From: the human T2T-CHM13v2.0 reference genome, Homo sapiens
Length of the DNA stretch: 64,000 nucleotides
Assembly: GCF_009914755.1 (NCBI RefSeq)
Contig: NC_060925.1
Direction: 5' to 3' (one strand)
Of the stretch, positions 34,025 through 49,394 are shown one piece after another. The notes beneath the pieces were generated by a model. The model saw nothing but the letters and a program-made list of their open reading frames with translations. It was not told the origin of the DNA and did not search any database. Numbering within the stretch: position 1 is the first letter of the stretch; each line of letters begins with the position of its first letter. The translations under genes were made by a program, and so were the position numbers.

Positions 34025-34290
34025 ATGGTGTAGTTGTTAAGTCTCAAATTCAGAGAGACTTAGGATCAAATCTCACTCTGCTACTTTCTAGCTATGTGAC
34101 CTTGGGAAAGCCACATGGTGCCTTGAAGACTCAGTCTCCTTAACTATATTATAAGAATAATAATATTCCCTATGCCAAAGGGATCCTGTGAGATAATAAC
34201 ATCTTAATTGAGTTAAATTATTTAAGAGTTAAATGAGATAATGGATAAAAATCATGGCACATTTTGAGCACTTCATAAATATTAATGATA
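34025..34290 (+). mobile_element. MIR
   Basis: ggtgtagttgttaag..tcaaatctcactctgctactttctagctatgtgaccttgggaaag..ttaaatgagataat. Confidence 0.75.
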
Positions 34291-34944
34291 ACGATCCTTA
34301 TTTAAACGTGCCCTGCATTCTAAAAATGAGAAGTAACTTTCTGGCTGAAACCAACCCCTGAATGGCAACAGAGAAAGCTGTTTCAACAGGGTTGAGAAAA
34401 AAGCTGGGGGATAAAGTAATGTTTCTAATCTTAGAGTTTAAGAGAAAATACATTTTTTAATTCACTTGGTAAATTAGAGATCTTTTAGGGACACCAGAAG
34501 AAGGCACTTTCTGAAAGAGTTAAAATGATTTCCTTAGAGTAAACAAATCTCTCTCATAGAATTTTTGCTTAGACTAAGTTGATGGGACATTCATTAAGAA
34601 ATAAACTTTTCATCCTCGCTTGGGTAATGCAACCAGGGAACGAGTAAATATCCCGGGAAAGCCAACTTGCTATATGCAGGTACTATTTCTTAAAAATGTT
34701 ATTTTTATCTATCAAAATAATATTACTGTTATTAAGTATCATTGAGGTTCAATCCTGCGACAGAAACTGTACTTAGCTATAGGGAATCAAATATGATTGT
34801 GACATAGTTCTACCCTCAGGGGTTTTAAGTGGGAAGATAGAATATGCCATTAAAAAAAAAGTAATCCTTGGCATGGAAGGTTAAATGCCTTATAACTAAC
34901 TGATGATTGATAGCAGAAGAGTGACTAATTCTCATCTAGAAAGA

Positions 34945-35130
34945 GAAGGCCTGGGCTCTAGTTTTGGTTCCACCACTTGTCAAGTTTGTAACCTAGGGAA
35001 ATTCACTTCAATCCTTTGAACTTTCAGTTTTTCAAAGGAAATGGAGATGACGATATTTGCCCTACCATTCCCATAAGGTTGCTGTGAGGTTCAAATGAGC
35101 TAAGGTTTACGAAAACACATAATAAATTAC
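34945..35130 (+). mobile_element. MIR fragment
   Basis: cctgggctctagtt..tcacttcaatc..tcagtttt..aggttgctgtgaggttcaaatgag. Confidence 0.65.
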
Positions 35131-35224
35131 AGCACTTCGGTGCTATTCCTTGGTGTGATCATTTTCCTTCCTCTGCCTCCTCATAGACTGAGACTCTCAT
35201 AAACTGTTTTATTTTCTGTCTCAG

Positions 35225-35545
35225 CTTATGAAATATCTGCAAGTTATATCATTATGTGTGTGTGTGTATTGTGTGCACATTATCAAGTCTAATCAAGCCA
35301 AAGCAGCAGAACTAAACACAGATATCTGGACTCCTAAAAATCCACCACTTAATCCTGAAGACAACATTGTTAGAGAAGAAAAGATATTCTCTAAGGTTGG
35401 ACCTATTTCAGAAATGAGTAGCGTCACCCTTGCTTTACAATGGAGAAAACTGAGTATTGATTTATTGAACACTTATTTAATAAAGGTTTATGAAGAACCC
35501 ATCCTGCACCAGGGGCCCAGGTACCAACTTAAAGAATGTGAGTGA
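35225..35545 (+). CDS. Candidate exon 3: Leu plus the 105-aa ORF 35228-35545, ending at TGA
   Basis: Strong acceptor ctgttttattttctgtctcag| in frame with the ORF-track ORF; partly MIR/L2-like sequence. Confidence 0.25.
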   Translation, partial: LMKYLQVISLCVCVYCVHIIKSNQAKAAELNTDIWTPKNPPLNPEDNIVREEKIFSKVGPISEMSSVTLALQWRKLSIDLLNTYLIKVYEEPILHQGPRYQLKECE

Positions 35546-36122
35546 GAAAAACAGGGAACTCAGTCCTGGCATTGACCTTTGCTGTAACTTCTGCGCATTG
35601 TAGGAATCAGCCAACTTCCTGTCCTTTAGTTTCCTCTTCTGTAAACTGAAGATTAGTTAGTTGTAGAGCATACAGTCAGTGTTATGTCTGAAAATATTGA
35701 AATACAGAGACAAAGTGAAAAAGAAGGGTATGAAACCCCTTTCCATTAGACTGTAAGAGGGATGATGATTGTTACTTTTGGGAGTTATGAGCGTGGGCAG
35801 TGGAGAGAGTGGTTTGTTTGAGGATGCCACGCTGAGCATTGGGTGGATGTGGAATTTGTGTGGGCAGGGAAGTAGAGAAGAGAGTTGGGGCAAGCTAAGA
35901 CTGCCAGCTTCCAGACTGGAAGCTTCTGCGGTAGTTACGGGGAATGAGTCAGGAAATAGTTCTGTGTAAATAGTTATGAAATTTTAAAGCTAATTTTGTC
36001 ATGGGCCAAAGGCATTTTTTGGGGATGATGAGAGATATCAAATTTTGTGGATGCGCCTACAAGTAGGTGATGGTTCTACACTGAAAGATTTGCCACTTTT
36101 CTTCACCCTAGAATGTTCATAT

Positions 36123-36155
<33 letters not shown>
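36123..36155. repeat. (TG)n microsatellite
   Basis: Direct reading. Confidence 0.97.
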
Positions 36156-36158
<3 letters not shown>

Positions 36159-37999
36159 GTTTCTTAGTGGACTGTGAGATATATTAAACATAGATAAAAG
36201 GAATATTTAACTAAAAGATGAAGCAACAGAAAGTTAATCAAATAGTATCCAAGACAGGACGGAAATGGGCTTTAGGGGAGTCCTGAGAGAAAGAGAACTC
36301 ACATTCATTGAGTTCGTGTGAATTGTTTCTGGGCCCCGGGCACTGTCATATCCATGAAATAACCTTATTCTTGTCTTGAAAAGCTGTTCTCATACAGATC
36401 TGAAAACTAAGGCCCAGAGACAGTAAGCAGCTTCTGGGAATGACTATGTTGTTGAGCTCAGGTTTGAGCTATGGAGGGTATGAAGTTATTTCCTCTTAGC
36501 AACTCCATCACAGACTCAACATGCTGGGCAAACTCACTTTATCTTTAAAGAACAGTCTCTATTTGCAAAGGAGAGAACCTGCTTCCATACACTTGGGACT
36601 GTTAGAGTTGTCAGACGATGTTACCAAAGCAAAGGCACTTGAACTTAGGCCAAGGTATATGTTTCTGTAGTCACCCTGTGGTAACTACTGGGGTCAGCAT
36701 TTCACAAAACCTACTTACCCTGTTTAGTTAGGAAAACCCTAGAGGTGGGGGAGTGGGAGTGAGGGTCCCCAGTCCCACTGTCATTTGGAAAAATGTCCAG
36801 ATGAGAGTAGGCTGTCCACTTCCTAGAGGCAAATCTTTCTGAATCTACATAGTTTCACAGACTCACAGAACTTCAGAGCTGAAGAGACCTTCAGATAGAT
36901 ATTTTTCAGATAGACCTTCAGATAGACATTTTGCCGCACTGCTCAGTCTAGGTTAACGGGAAGCTAGGGCAAGAATTCACTTATGGCCCTCCCTTCTTCC
37001 TGTATTCAGTATTTTCCTGTCTGTAACATTGGGTCCATGATTAAGCTATTTAACCAGTTTCTGAATTTGTAATTTATGAAGCCAGGAAAAGGGCATTTAT
37101 CACTTGAATCATCCCAGCAGCCTGTGTCAGAGTTAAGGAGGGAATTATTTTTTTTTCTAAAAATTCTGTTCTAGGCTATTTAAGGTCACTCTACTTGCCT
37201 GTTCTGGAGAGACTCGTACATGCGTTGCTGATCCCTGGGCTGAGTTCTCCCAGCCCTAGTGAACTCGGAAGTACAGGTCCAGAAGGTTCTGCTTGATGGT
37301 TCCCATCAGGGTAAAACTGAAAATAGGAAGCCGTTGGTTGCTGATTGTAAGATAAATTTGTTTAAGTAGTGTGCCAAAAGCAGTGGGTCATATGAAAAGC
37401 CACATGACCAACCAGAAATAATTGGAACTTAAAAGATGCTAGGGTCTATGAGTAAGATTTCTTTCACCATGGGATTTAGGTAAGGCAAACTCACCCACTC
37501 ACTAGTTCTTAATTCCCATTTTCTTTTTGTCCTGGAACATTTCACCTGCCCTGATGCGGCAAATTAAGTGATTGAATTAATACAGAAATGTCAGCCTTTA
37601 TTGATGACAATTAGGTGTTCATATTATTTCTGTTTTATTAATAATTTATTTACCTATTCAACAAATCTTTAAAGCCTACTGTGTGCTAGATGTGGAGGAA
37701 GAAACAAGTAACACTTCCTCCGTGACAGTTTTTCTAATCCCTCTAGTGTAAATTCTCTCTCCCTTTCCTGAAACTTAGTAGTTCTTTGTTTATAGTTCTC
37801 CAATAGATTTATGCCATGTTGCCTTGTATTGTAGCAGCTTGAGAACATGTCTTACTATTTAGAACTAAGACAATTGCTTTACAAGTATTTGTCTGTACCA
37901 TGATATTTAAAGTAGTGCTGGCACAGAGTATGTTGTCAGTGTTGTGGAATAAATGACTAAATGAATATTTGTTGAATTAGGTAAGAAGTTGCTTCAGCT

Positions 38000-38640
38000 T
38001 TGGCTGTTATGCTGCTGTAGCAAACAGCTCCCAAATTTCAATAGCTCAGAACACAATGATTTATTTCTCATCTATGTTAATGCCCATAGTGAGTTAGGTG
38101 CAGCTCTGCTCCCCATCTTCTGGATTTGGGGATCTGGGTAGAAATAGCCATTAGTTGGGATTTTCTTGTGTTGGGGAACAAGAGAGATGGCAGAAACACA
38201 TGATAGATCAGAAGTGGCATTCATTGGCTGGGCACGGTGGCTCACGCCTGTAATCCCAGCACTTTGGGAGGCATAGGCAGGTGGATCACCTGAGCTCAGG
38301 AGCCCAAGATCAGCCTGGCCAACAATGGTGAAACCCCATCTCTACTAAAAATACAAAAATTAGCCAAGCACGGTGGCAGGCACCTGTATCTCAGCTACTT
38401 GGAAGGCTGAGGCAAGAGAATTGCTTGAACCCGGGAGGTGGAGGTTGCAGTGAGCTAAGATTGCGCTACCACCCTCCACCTGAGCGGCAGAGCGAGACTC
38501 TGTCAAAAAACAAACAAACAAACAAACAACATCACTTCTGCTCAAATTTCGTTGGCCCAAACTAGTCATGTAGCCACGCCTGCCGTGGAGGGCAGACAAG
38601 GATAATTCTCCCATGAGAAAGGCCATGAATCTTTGGGAAT
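38000..38640 (-). mobile_element. Old MLT1 (J/K/L-like) LTR interrupted by Alu
   Basis: gttatgctgctgtagcaaacagctcccaaatttc..cagaagtggca | catcacttctgctca..ttggcc..actagtcatg. Confidence 0.7.
38226..38529 (+). mobile_element. AluSx-like with (CAAA)n tail
   Basis: Dimeric Alu. Confidence 0.96.
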
Positions 38641-38649
38641 AATAATATA

Positions 38650-39900
38650 ATTTACCAGAGAAGTCATCCTTATTTTTTAAAGAACTTAAAATTTAGTTGA
38701 GGAAGTAAGCTATACACAAAGAAATACAATAAAAAAAAGGTGCAAGCAACATGTTATAGAGGTGAGGGAGGAGAGATTTCTTTGGACTAAGATTAGTCAC
38801 AGAAGGATTAATAAAAGATGTGTTCTTTAAATTGGACATGAAAAGTAAGATTTTGCCAAGTGGAACTGGACAAAAGGTGAATAGAAGAGTATTTAAAAAG
38901 ATATGAAGGTACTCAAACAAAAAATGTACTAAAAAAAAGAGTGAAAAGTCCACTTTTGGTGGATAATTAGGTCCACATTTCAAAGTTGGGAATTTAGAGT
39001 CTATTAAGCAGGAAATTATAAACCACTAGAGATTTGGAAAGCTAACTAAAGGATGCATTGGAGAGAAGCTGAAAATATTTTTGAGGCTATGCAAAGAGTT
39101 CAGGAAACAGGGACTAAAGACAGAATCAGAATAGTGAAAAGTATGAACAGGACAGAACATACAGAGGCAAGATGCAAAGGAAATGTACAAAGGTTGAAAA
39201 CCGATTGGTTTGGAAAGCAAAGGAGAGAGGCAGTGAAAGAAGTTGCAGATGATTATTCCATTAATGGTGGTGCCATTAATGGAATTCAAAAAATAAGAAG
39301 AGGACTGACTCATAGGAAGAGAAAATAAGTTTTGTTTGAGGTATTCTGATTTCGAGGAATTTCAGAGAGAAATGTTTAGTAGGCGTATGGAACTCTGGGA
39401 ATAGAGTTTGTGGGATTGTGGTTGTGATTGAAGATGTAGTCCTGAGGGACCCCTGAAGAGGTGACAGTTGAAGCCATGAGTGCAGATGAGAATCCCAAAG
39501 GAAACTAGTGGCCAAAAGGCAGAGTCTTGGAGGGCTGCCAACATGTAGGATGTGGGAAGATGAAGACAAACCAGGGAGGGAAGCTGAAGAACCTTGACAA
39601 GGCAGAGAGGAGAACACTATAGTGTGGGATCAAGTGAGCTGAGGCAGGAGAGAGGCTGAGGAGCAGGGAGAGGTCAGCGGTGTCAAATGCTTTAGAAAGT
39701 GCTAAGAAGATGAGAATGTAGGAAGTGGTATTGAGGTTAGAGTAGGAGATCATTGGCGATGAGTAAGGAAACAACTTCAGTGAGGACTGGAGATGTTCTT
39801 GTGAGATATCTGATAACAAAAATTACAGAGATTGCATAATGGAGGATTAGTTGGAACTGGTGGAACTGAGAGTACGCTTAGTGCGATAACCTTTGAAAAG
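38650..39900 (-). mobile_element. L2 fragment
   Basis: Antisense L2 motifs (ggtggtgccatt..gttgaagccatg..gtgtcaaatgct..aagatgagaa). Confidence 0.7.
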
Positions 39901-40295
39901 AAGAGGAACCTATTCCATTTGGGGAAGGCAGGAGAAAACTATGCACTAAGAGAGAACTTGTCCATGAGAAGGAGTGATTTTTAAGGTGCTTCTTAACAAA
40001 GTAGAGTTTAGGGAATGTATTCACTCTTTGAAATTAAAAAGCAATTGCTTATTATTGAAAACCCAGGTTAGCTATTAAAAAAAAAAGAGAGAAAAATAAG
40101 ACAAAAAAAGAAAAAAAAACCATGCATGTGTAACAAGTCAGGGGAAGCTGAGGAGACCTTCCAAACTGTACTGTATTCACTTGCATATATTCCACATCTG
40201 GCACTGGGCAGTCAAATATTCACAGGTAATAAATAGATATTAAAGAATGTATTATTGGGCATTAGGACTCATAATTTTAGAAAAATGTTTTTTGT

Positions 40296-40889
<594 letters not shown>

Positions 40890-41433
40890 TTACTGAGAAT
40901 GATGATTTCCAGTTTCATCCATGTCCCTACAAAGGACATGAACTCATCCTTTTTTATGGCTGCATAGTATTCCATGGTGTATATGTGCCACATTTTCTTA
41001 ATCCAGTCTATCATTGTTGGACATTTGGGTTGGTTCCAAGTCTTTGCTATTGTGAATAGTGCCTCAATAAACATACATGTGCATGTGTCTTTATAGCAGC
41101 ATGATTTATAGTCCTTTGGGTATATACCCAGTAATGGGATGGCTGGGTCAAATGGTATTTCTAGTTCTAGATCCCTGAGGAATCGCCACACTGACTTCCA
41201 CAATGGTTGAACTAGTTTACAGTTCCACCAACAGTGTAAAAGTGTTCCTATTTCTCCACATCCTCTCCAGCACCTGTTGTTTCCTGACTTTTTAATGATC
41301 ACCATTCTAACTGGTGTGAGATGGTATCTCATTGTGGTTTTGATTTGCATTTCTCTGATGGCCAGTGATGGTGAGCATTTTTTCATGTGTCTTTTGGCTG
41401 CATAAATGTCTTCTTCTGAGAAGTGTCTATTCA

Positions 41434-43007
<1,574 letters not shown>

Positions 43008-43010
43008 TCA

Positions 43011-43478
<468 letters not shown>

Positions 43479-43498
43479 TTATTGCGTCTATTTGATTA

Positions 43499-43627
<129 letters not shown>

Positions 43628-45729
43628 TCAATTTTAGTTATTTCTTGCCTTCTGCTAGGTTTTGAATGTGTTTGCTCTTGCTTTTCTGGTTCTTTTAATT
43701 GTGATGTTAGGGTGTCAATTTTGGAAATTTCCTGCTTTCTCTTGTGGGCATTTAGTGCTATAAATTTCCCTCTACACACTGCTTTGAATGTGTCCCAGAG
43801 ATTCTGGTATGTTGTGTTTTTGTTGTCGTTGGTTTCAAAGAACATCTTTATTTCTGCCTTCATTTTGTTATGTACCCAGTAGTCATTGAGGAGCAGGTTG
43901 CTCAGTTTCCATGTAGTTGAGCGTTTTTGAGTGAGTTTCTTAATCCTGAGTTCTAGTTTGATTGCAGTGTGGTCTGAGAGACAGTTTGTTATAATTTCTG
44001 TTCTTTTACATTTGCTGAGGAGAGCTATACTTCCAACTATGTGGTCAATTTTGGAATAGGTGTGGTGCGGTATTGAAAAAAAAGTATATTCTGTTGATTT
44101 GGGGTGGAGAGTTCTGTAGATGTCTATTAGGTCCACTTGGTGCAGAGCTGAGTTCAATTCCTGGGTATCCTTATTAACTTTCTGTCTCATTGATCTGTTT
44201 AATGTTGACAGTGGGGTGTTAAAGTCTCCCATTATTATTGTGTGGGAGTCTAAGTCTCTTTGTAGGTCACTCAGTACTTGCTTTATGAATCTGGATGCTC
44301 CTGTATTGGGTGCATATATATTTAGGATAGTTAGTACTTCTTGTTGAATTGATCCGTGTACCATTATGTAATGGCCTTCTTTGTCTCTTTTGATCTTAGT
44401 TGGTTTAAAGTCTGTTTAATCAGAGACTAGGATTGCAACCCCTGCCTTTTTTTGTTTTCCATTTGCTTGGTTGATCTTCCTCCATCCTTTTATTTTGAGC
44501 CTATGTGTGTCTCTGCACATGAGATGGGTTTCCTGAATACAGCACACTGATGAGTCTTGACTCTTTATCCAATCTGCCAGTCTGTGTCTTTTAATTGGAG
44601 CATTTAGTCCATTTACATTTAAAGTTAATATTGTTATGTGTGAATTATAACCTGTTATTATGATGATAGCTGGTTATTTTGCTCGTTGATGCAGTTTCTT
44701 CCTAGTCTCGATGGTCATTACATTTTGGCATGATTTTGCAGTGGCTGGTACCAGTTGTTCCTTTCCATGTTTAGTGCTTCCTTCAGGAGCTCTTTTAGGG
44801 CAGGCCTGGTGGTGACAAAATCTCTCAGCATTTGCTTGTCTGTAAAGGATTTTATTTCTCCTTCACTTATGAAGCTTAGTTTGGCTGGAGATGAAATTCT
44901 GGGTTGAAAATTCTTTCTTTAAGAATGTTGAATATTGGCCCCCACTCTCTTCTCGCTTGCAGAGTTTTTGCCGAGAGATCTGCTGTTAGTCTGATGGGCT
45001 TCCCTTTGTGCGTAACCCGACCTTTCTCTCTGGCTGCCCTTAATATTTTTTCCTTCATTTCAACTTTGATGAATCTGACAATTATGTGTCTTGGAGTTGC
45101 TTTTCTCGAGGAGTATCTTTGTGGCGTTCTCTGTATTTCCTGAATCTGAATGTTGGCCTGCCTTGCTAGACTGGGGAAGTTCTCCTGGATAATATCCTGC
45201 AGAGTGTTTTCCAACTTGGTTCCATTCTCCCCGTCACTTTCAGGTACACCAATCAGACGTAGATTTGATCTTTTCACATAGTCCCATATTTCTTGGAGGC
45301 TTTGTTCATTTCTTTTTATTCTTTTTTCTCTAAACTTCCCTTCTCGCTTCATTTCATTCATTTCATCTTCCATCACTGATACCCTTTCTTCCAGTTGATC
45401 ACATCAGCTCCTGAGGCTTCTGCATTCTTCACGTAGTTCTTGAGCCTTGGCTTTCAGCTCCTTCAGCTCCTTTAAGCACTTTTCTATATTGGGTATTCTA
45501 GTTATACATTTGTCTAATTTTTTTTCAAAGTTTTCAACTTCTTTGCCTTTGGTTTGAATTTCCTCCTGTAGCTCAGAGTAGTTTGATCATCTGAAGCCTT
45601 CTTCTCTCAACTCGTCAAAGTCATTCTCCATCCAGCTTTGTTCCGTTGCTGGTGAGGAACTGTGTTCCTTTGGAGGAGGAGAGGCACTTTGCTTTTTAGA
45701 GTTTCCAGTTTTTCTGCTCTGTTTTTTCC

Positions 45730-46766
45730 CCATCTTTGTGGTTTTATCTACTTTTGGTCTTTGATGATGGTGATGTACAGATGGGTTTTTGGTGTGGATG
45801 TCCTTTCTGTGTTAGTTTTCCTTCTAACAGACAAGACCCTCAGCTGCAGGTCTGTTGGAGTTTGCTAGAGGTCCACTCCAGAGCCTGTTTGCCTGTGTAA
45901 TAGCAGCAGTGTCTGCAGAACCGCGGATTTTCGTGAACTGCGAATGCTGTTGTCTGATCGTTCCTCTGGAAGTTTTGTCTCAGAGGAGTACCTGGCCGTG
46001 TGAGGTGTCAGTCTGCCCCTACTGGGGGGTGCCTCCCAGTTAGGCTTCTCTGGGGTCAGGGGTCAGGGACCCACTTGAGGAGGCAGTCTGCCTGTTCTCA
46101 GATCTCCAGCTGGGTGCTGGGATTACCACTGCTCTCTTCAAAGCTGTCAGACAGGGACATTTAAGTCTGCAGAGGTTACTGCTGTTTTTTGTTTGTCTGT
46201 GCCCTGCCCCCAGAGGTGGAGCCTACAGAGGCAGGCAGGCCTCCTTGAGCCGTGGTGGGCTCCACCTAGTTCGAGCTTCCTGGCTGCTTTGTTTACCTAA
46301 GCAAGCCTGGGCAATGGCGGGCGCCCCACCCCCATCCTCGCTGCAGTCTTGCAGTTTGATCTCAGACTGCTGTGCTAGCAATCAGTGAGACTCTGTGGGC
46401 GTAGGACCCTCTGTGGCAGGTGCGGGATATAATCTCCTGGTGCGCCGTTTTTTAAGCCCGTCGGAAAAGCGCAGTATTCGGGTGGGAGTGACCCGATTTT
46501 CCAGGTGCCGTCTGTCACCCCTTTCGTTGACCAGGAAAGGGAACTCCCTGACCCCTTGCGCTTCCCGAGTGAGGCAATGCCTCACCCTGCTTCAGCTCCC
46601 GCACAGTGCACTGCACCCACTGTCCTGCACCCACTGTCTGGAACTCCCTAGTGAGATGAACCTGGTACCTCAGATGGAAATGCAGAAATCACCCGTCTTC
46701 TGCATTGCTCTTGCTGGGAGCTGTAGACCGGAGCTGTTCCTATTCGGCCATCTTGGCTCCTCCCTC
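45730..46766. promoter_or_regulatory. L1PA3 5'UTR: sense promoter (-) with intact YY1 site (46745-46755), and antisense promoter (+)
   Basis: cggccatcttg is the reverse complement of CAAGATGGCCG; many retained CpGs; established L1 5'UTR architecture. Confidence 0.75.
46314..46388 (+). pseudogene. L1 ORF0, truncated by TGA at codon 25
   Basis: MAGAPPPSSLQSCSLISDCCASNQ*; the same frame continues GVGPS..RRFLSPSEKRSIRVGVTRFSRC (ORF track 46395). Confidence 0.85.
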
Positions 46767-47064
46767 CAGATTATCAGAAAAATATTTCTGTGACCTGGAG
46801 GTTGTTAATCAAAGTGTCACTTTAGTGAGAGGAGGGCAGTTTAGGCCTTTTTTGGGGTGTAGTCAAGACCTTTTCTTTCCATCAGATTGAGGTTGCTGGA
46901 GTCTCTTCAAAGTGACTAGGATATGTGCAACCCACAGAACTCTGTGGGGAAATAAGAACCAACCATAGCATAATTATGTTATGTTAGGTTGCTGTCTGTG
47001 ACATGAGGAGAGTGTCCTTGGGCAGGAAGAACTGGTGAACTTAGCAAAAAGGTGATGTTTACTG

Positions 47065-48080
47065 ATATTTATTCATTTATTTCTTCACTAATCATTCACA
47101 TTCATTCAACATTCTGCATATTCACTGAGCACATGCCAGCTACTATTCTAAGCACTGGAGAAGATGAGCCTCTCCACTCAAGGAGATCACATTGAAATGA
47201 ACAAGTAAGAATGGAAGGTCATATAGTGATGAGTGCTATAAAGAAAAAAGAAAGCAGGTTAAAGGAATCAAGACCAAATGGGGGGTGGGGCAGACTTCTC
47301 TTTCATATAGAATGGCCTTGAAAGGTCTCTGATGAAAAAAACACTAAACAGAGGTCTGAATGATCTGGAGGAAGCAGGGCCCAGACAGAGAGCACAGCCA
47401 ATGCTAAATCTATTCATTACCAAGGAAGGAATGAACTTGACACATTTTACGAAGTGCAAGAAGGTCAGTGTGGTGGAATAAAAGGAGCAAATGGAGAGAT
47501 ATGGAGGTAGATATGAACTCAGAAAGAGAGGCCAGATCATCTGAGACCTTGAAGGCTTTTATTTTCACTGTGGTGGAAACTCCTTGGGTGGGTTTTGAGC
47601 AAGAGAAGAACATGCTAGGGATTATGTTTTTAGAAGATCACTCTGACTACTACATGGAAATAGACTATAATTGGACAGGACCTGAGGCAGGGAGACCAGT
47701 TAGGAAGCTGGTGCAGTAATCCAGGCAAGAGAAGAACAGAAGTTTGAATGAGGATGCAGCAATGGTGATGAGGAGAGGTGGAAAGATTCTAGATATATTT
47801 AAAAGTTTTTAATAACAGTTTTACTGAGATATAATTTACATAGAATAACGTTTTATTTAATTGCATTCTTTAAAAATACACAATTAAGTGGCTTTAGGAA
47901 TATGACAGGACTCCATGATGAGGTAGATACAAAGTGTGAGAGGAAGAGAGAGGCATCAAGGATGTCACTTGGATTATGGATTAAGAAACTGAGTGGCATT
48001 TGCTGAGCCGTAGAGCACTGGGGAGAAGAAAAGCACCTATATCACTTGACTAGGAGATGACCTGTAAGCACACAGGAGGA
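47065..48080 (-). mobile_element. L2 (3' end and body), with a small L1ME-like piece at ~47800-47900
   Basis: cattcacattcattcaaca tail; agatcactctg..gcagggagaccagttaggaagctg..gtaatccaggcaagaga. Confidence 0.8.
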
Positions 48081-48828
48081 TGTCTAGTGTGTTGTAAATG
48101 TAAAATATATTTTTGGCTATTCTTTTCCCTACATTACACATCCTCTCTATTTTTAAACACAATAAGTAAGTCAAAGGTACAGTTATTGAAATCAGGATAT
48201 AGAGTCAGAGAGGTTAATGTTTGGATTTGATTTGATGTTCAGAAACCATGCTATGGATTGAGGAAGCTTTCTATTTCTTCTTCCTTGGTGCTGACTCTCT
48301 CTCAGTTATGGCCAAAGATAAATTTCTCCTGTAAGCCATATAGCAAATTATCTTGCAAGATATTTTCTCTAGGAAGCCAGAGAACAGATTATCACATTGA
48401 ATATTTTTAGAGGGCCATAGAATGATCTCTGTTAGTGTCCTCTTACGGAAGAAGAATAAGAGTATATACCAGATGGTGATCCTTCTTGCCCAATAAATCA
48501 TTGATATGTAAAATTTGGTGATCTCCATTGGGATTCCCCACCATTAATTCCACAAGCCTGATGTTATGTGCCAATTGCTTTTCTGAATTGTGTGTATTTG
48601 TATAGTAAACTTACAAACAAACTTTAAGATTTATATATAAAGACACACACACATATATAAGACTCAGGCTTAACAGTAATATTTCACATTCATTACTAAA
48701 GTTACAGATAAAACAACTGGAGAAAAGCCAAGTAAGTTGAATATGGACAGGGAAATCTGGAGACAATATTTACTAACGGGAAGTACTTGGTCTGGATTCT
48801 TGCCTTATTCTGAACCTTGGGACTCATT

Positions 48829-49310
48829 TGTCTGAGTTATCTGCTGCTGTGTAACTGACCATACCTTAGTGGCTTGAGGCAACGCTTCATTAGTATTATC
48901 CCTCTTAGTTTTGCAGGGTAAATGAACTCATCTGGGCAGTCCTCATTTGGGGTCTCTCGTGCTGTTGTGGTCATATAGCTGCTGAGGCTGGAGCCATGTG
49001 AAGTCTCAACAGGGCTGAGTATCCGCAATGGCTTCTTCATCACATCTGACAACACGCTTCTTCACATGGTCTTTCTTCCAAGAAAAGTAGCCTGGACTTC
49101 TGACATTGCAGCAGGAACTTCCTATACTCACAAACGCAAGGCCTGGAACTGACACAATGCAACATTCACCATATTCTATTGGTTGAAGTGGTCAGAGGTC
49201 AGCCTAGATTCACAGTTGGTGAGGAATAAAATCCATCTCCAGATGGGGGTGTGGCATGCATATAGAAGGAGGGAAGGAATTAATCACAGTCATTTGAAAG
49301 ATGAGCTACA
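48829..49310 (-). mobile_element. MLT1H-like solo LTR
   Basis: gttatctgctgctgtgtaac..cttagtggcttga..ctgggcagtcctc..catattctattgg..cagcctagattca. Confidence 0.8.
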
Positions 49311-49394
49311 TTTAATAAGCAGGTAACCATTCTCATCTCGCACAGAAATTACCATGCCTTTTACGAAAATCTATTTTTTAAACATGAATCCTCT

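Noticed and set aside
36713-36765. Strong minus-strand donor (GG|GTAAGT) with a nearby acceptor-like tract
   Set aside because: Isolated ~20-nt candidate with no partner exons identified.
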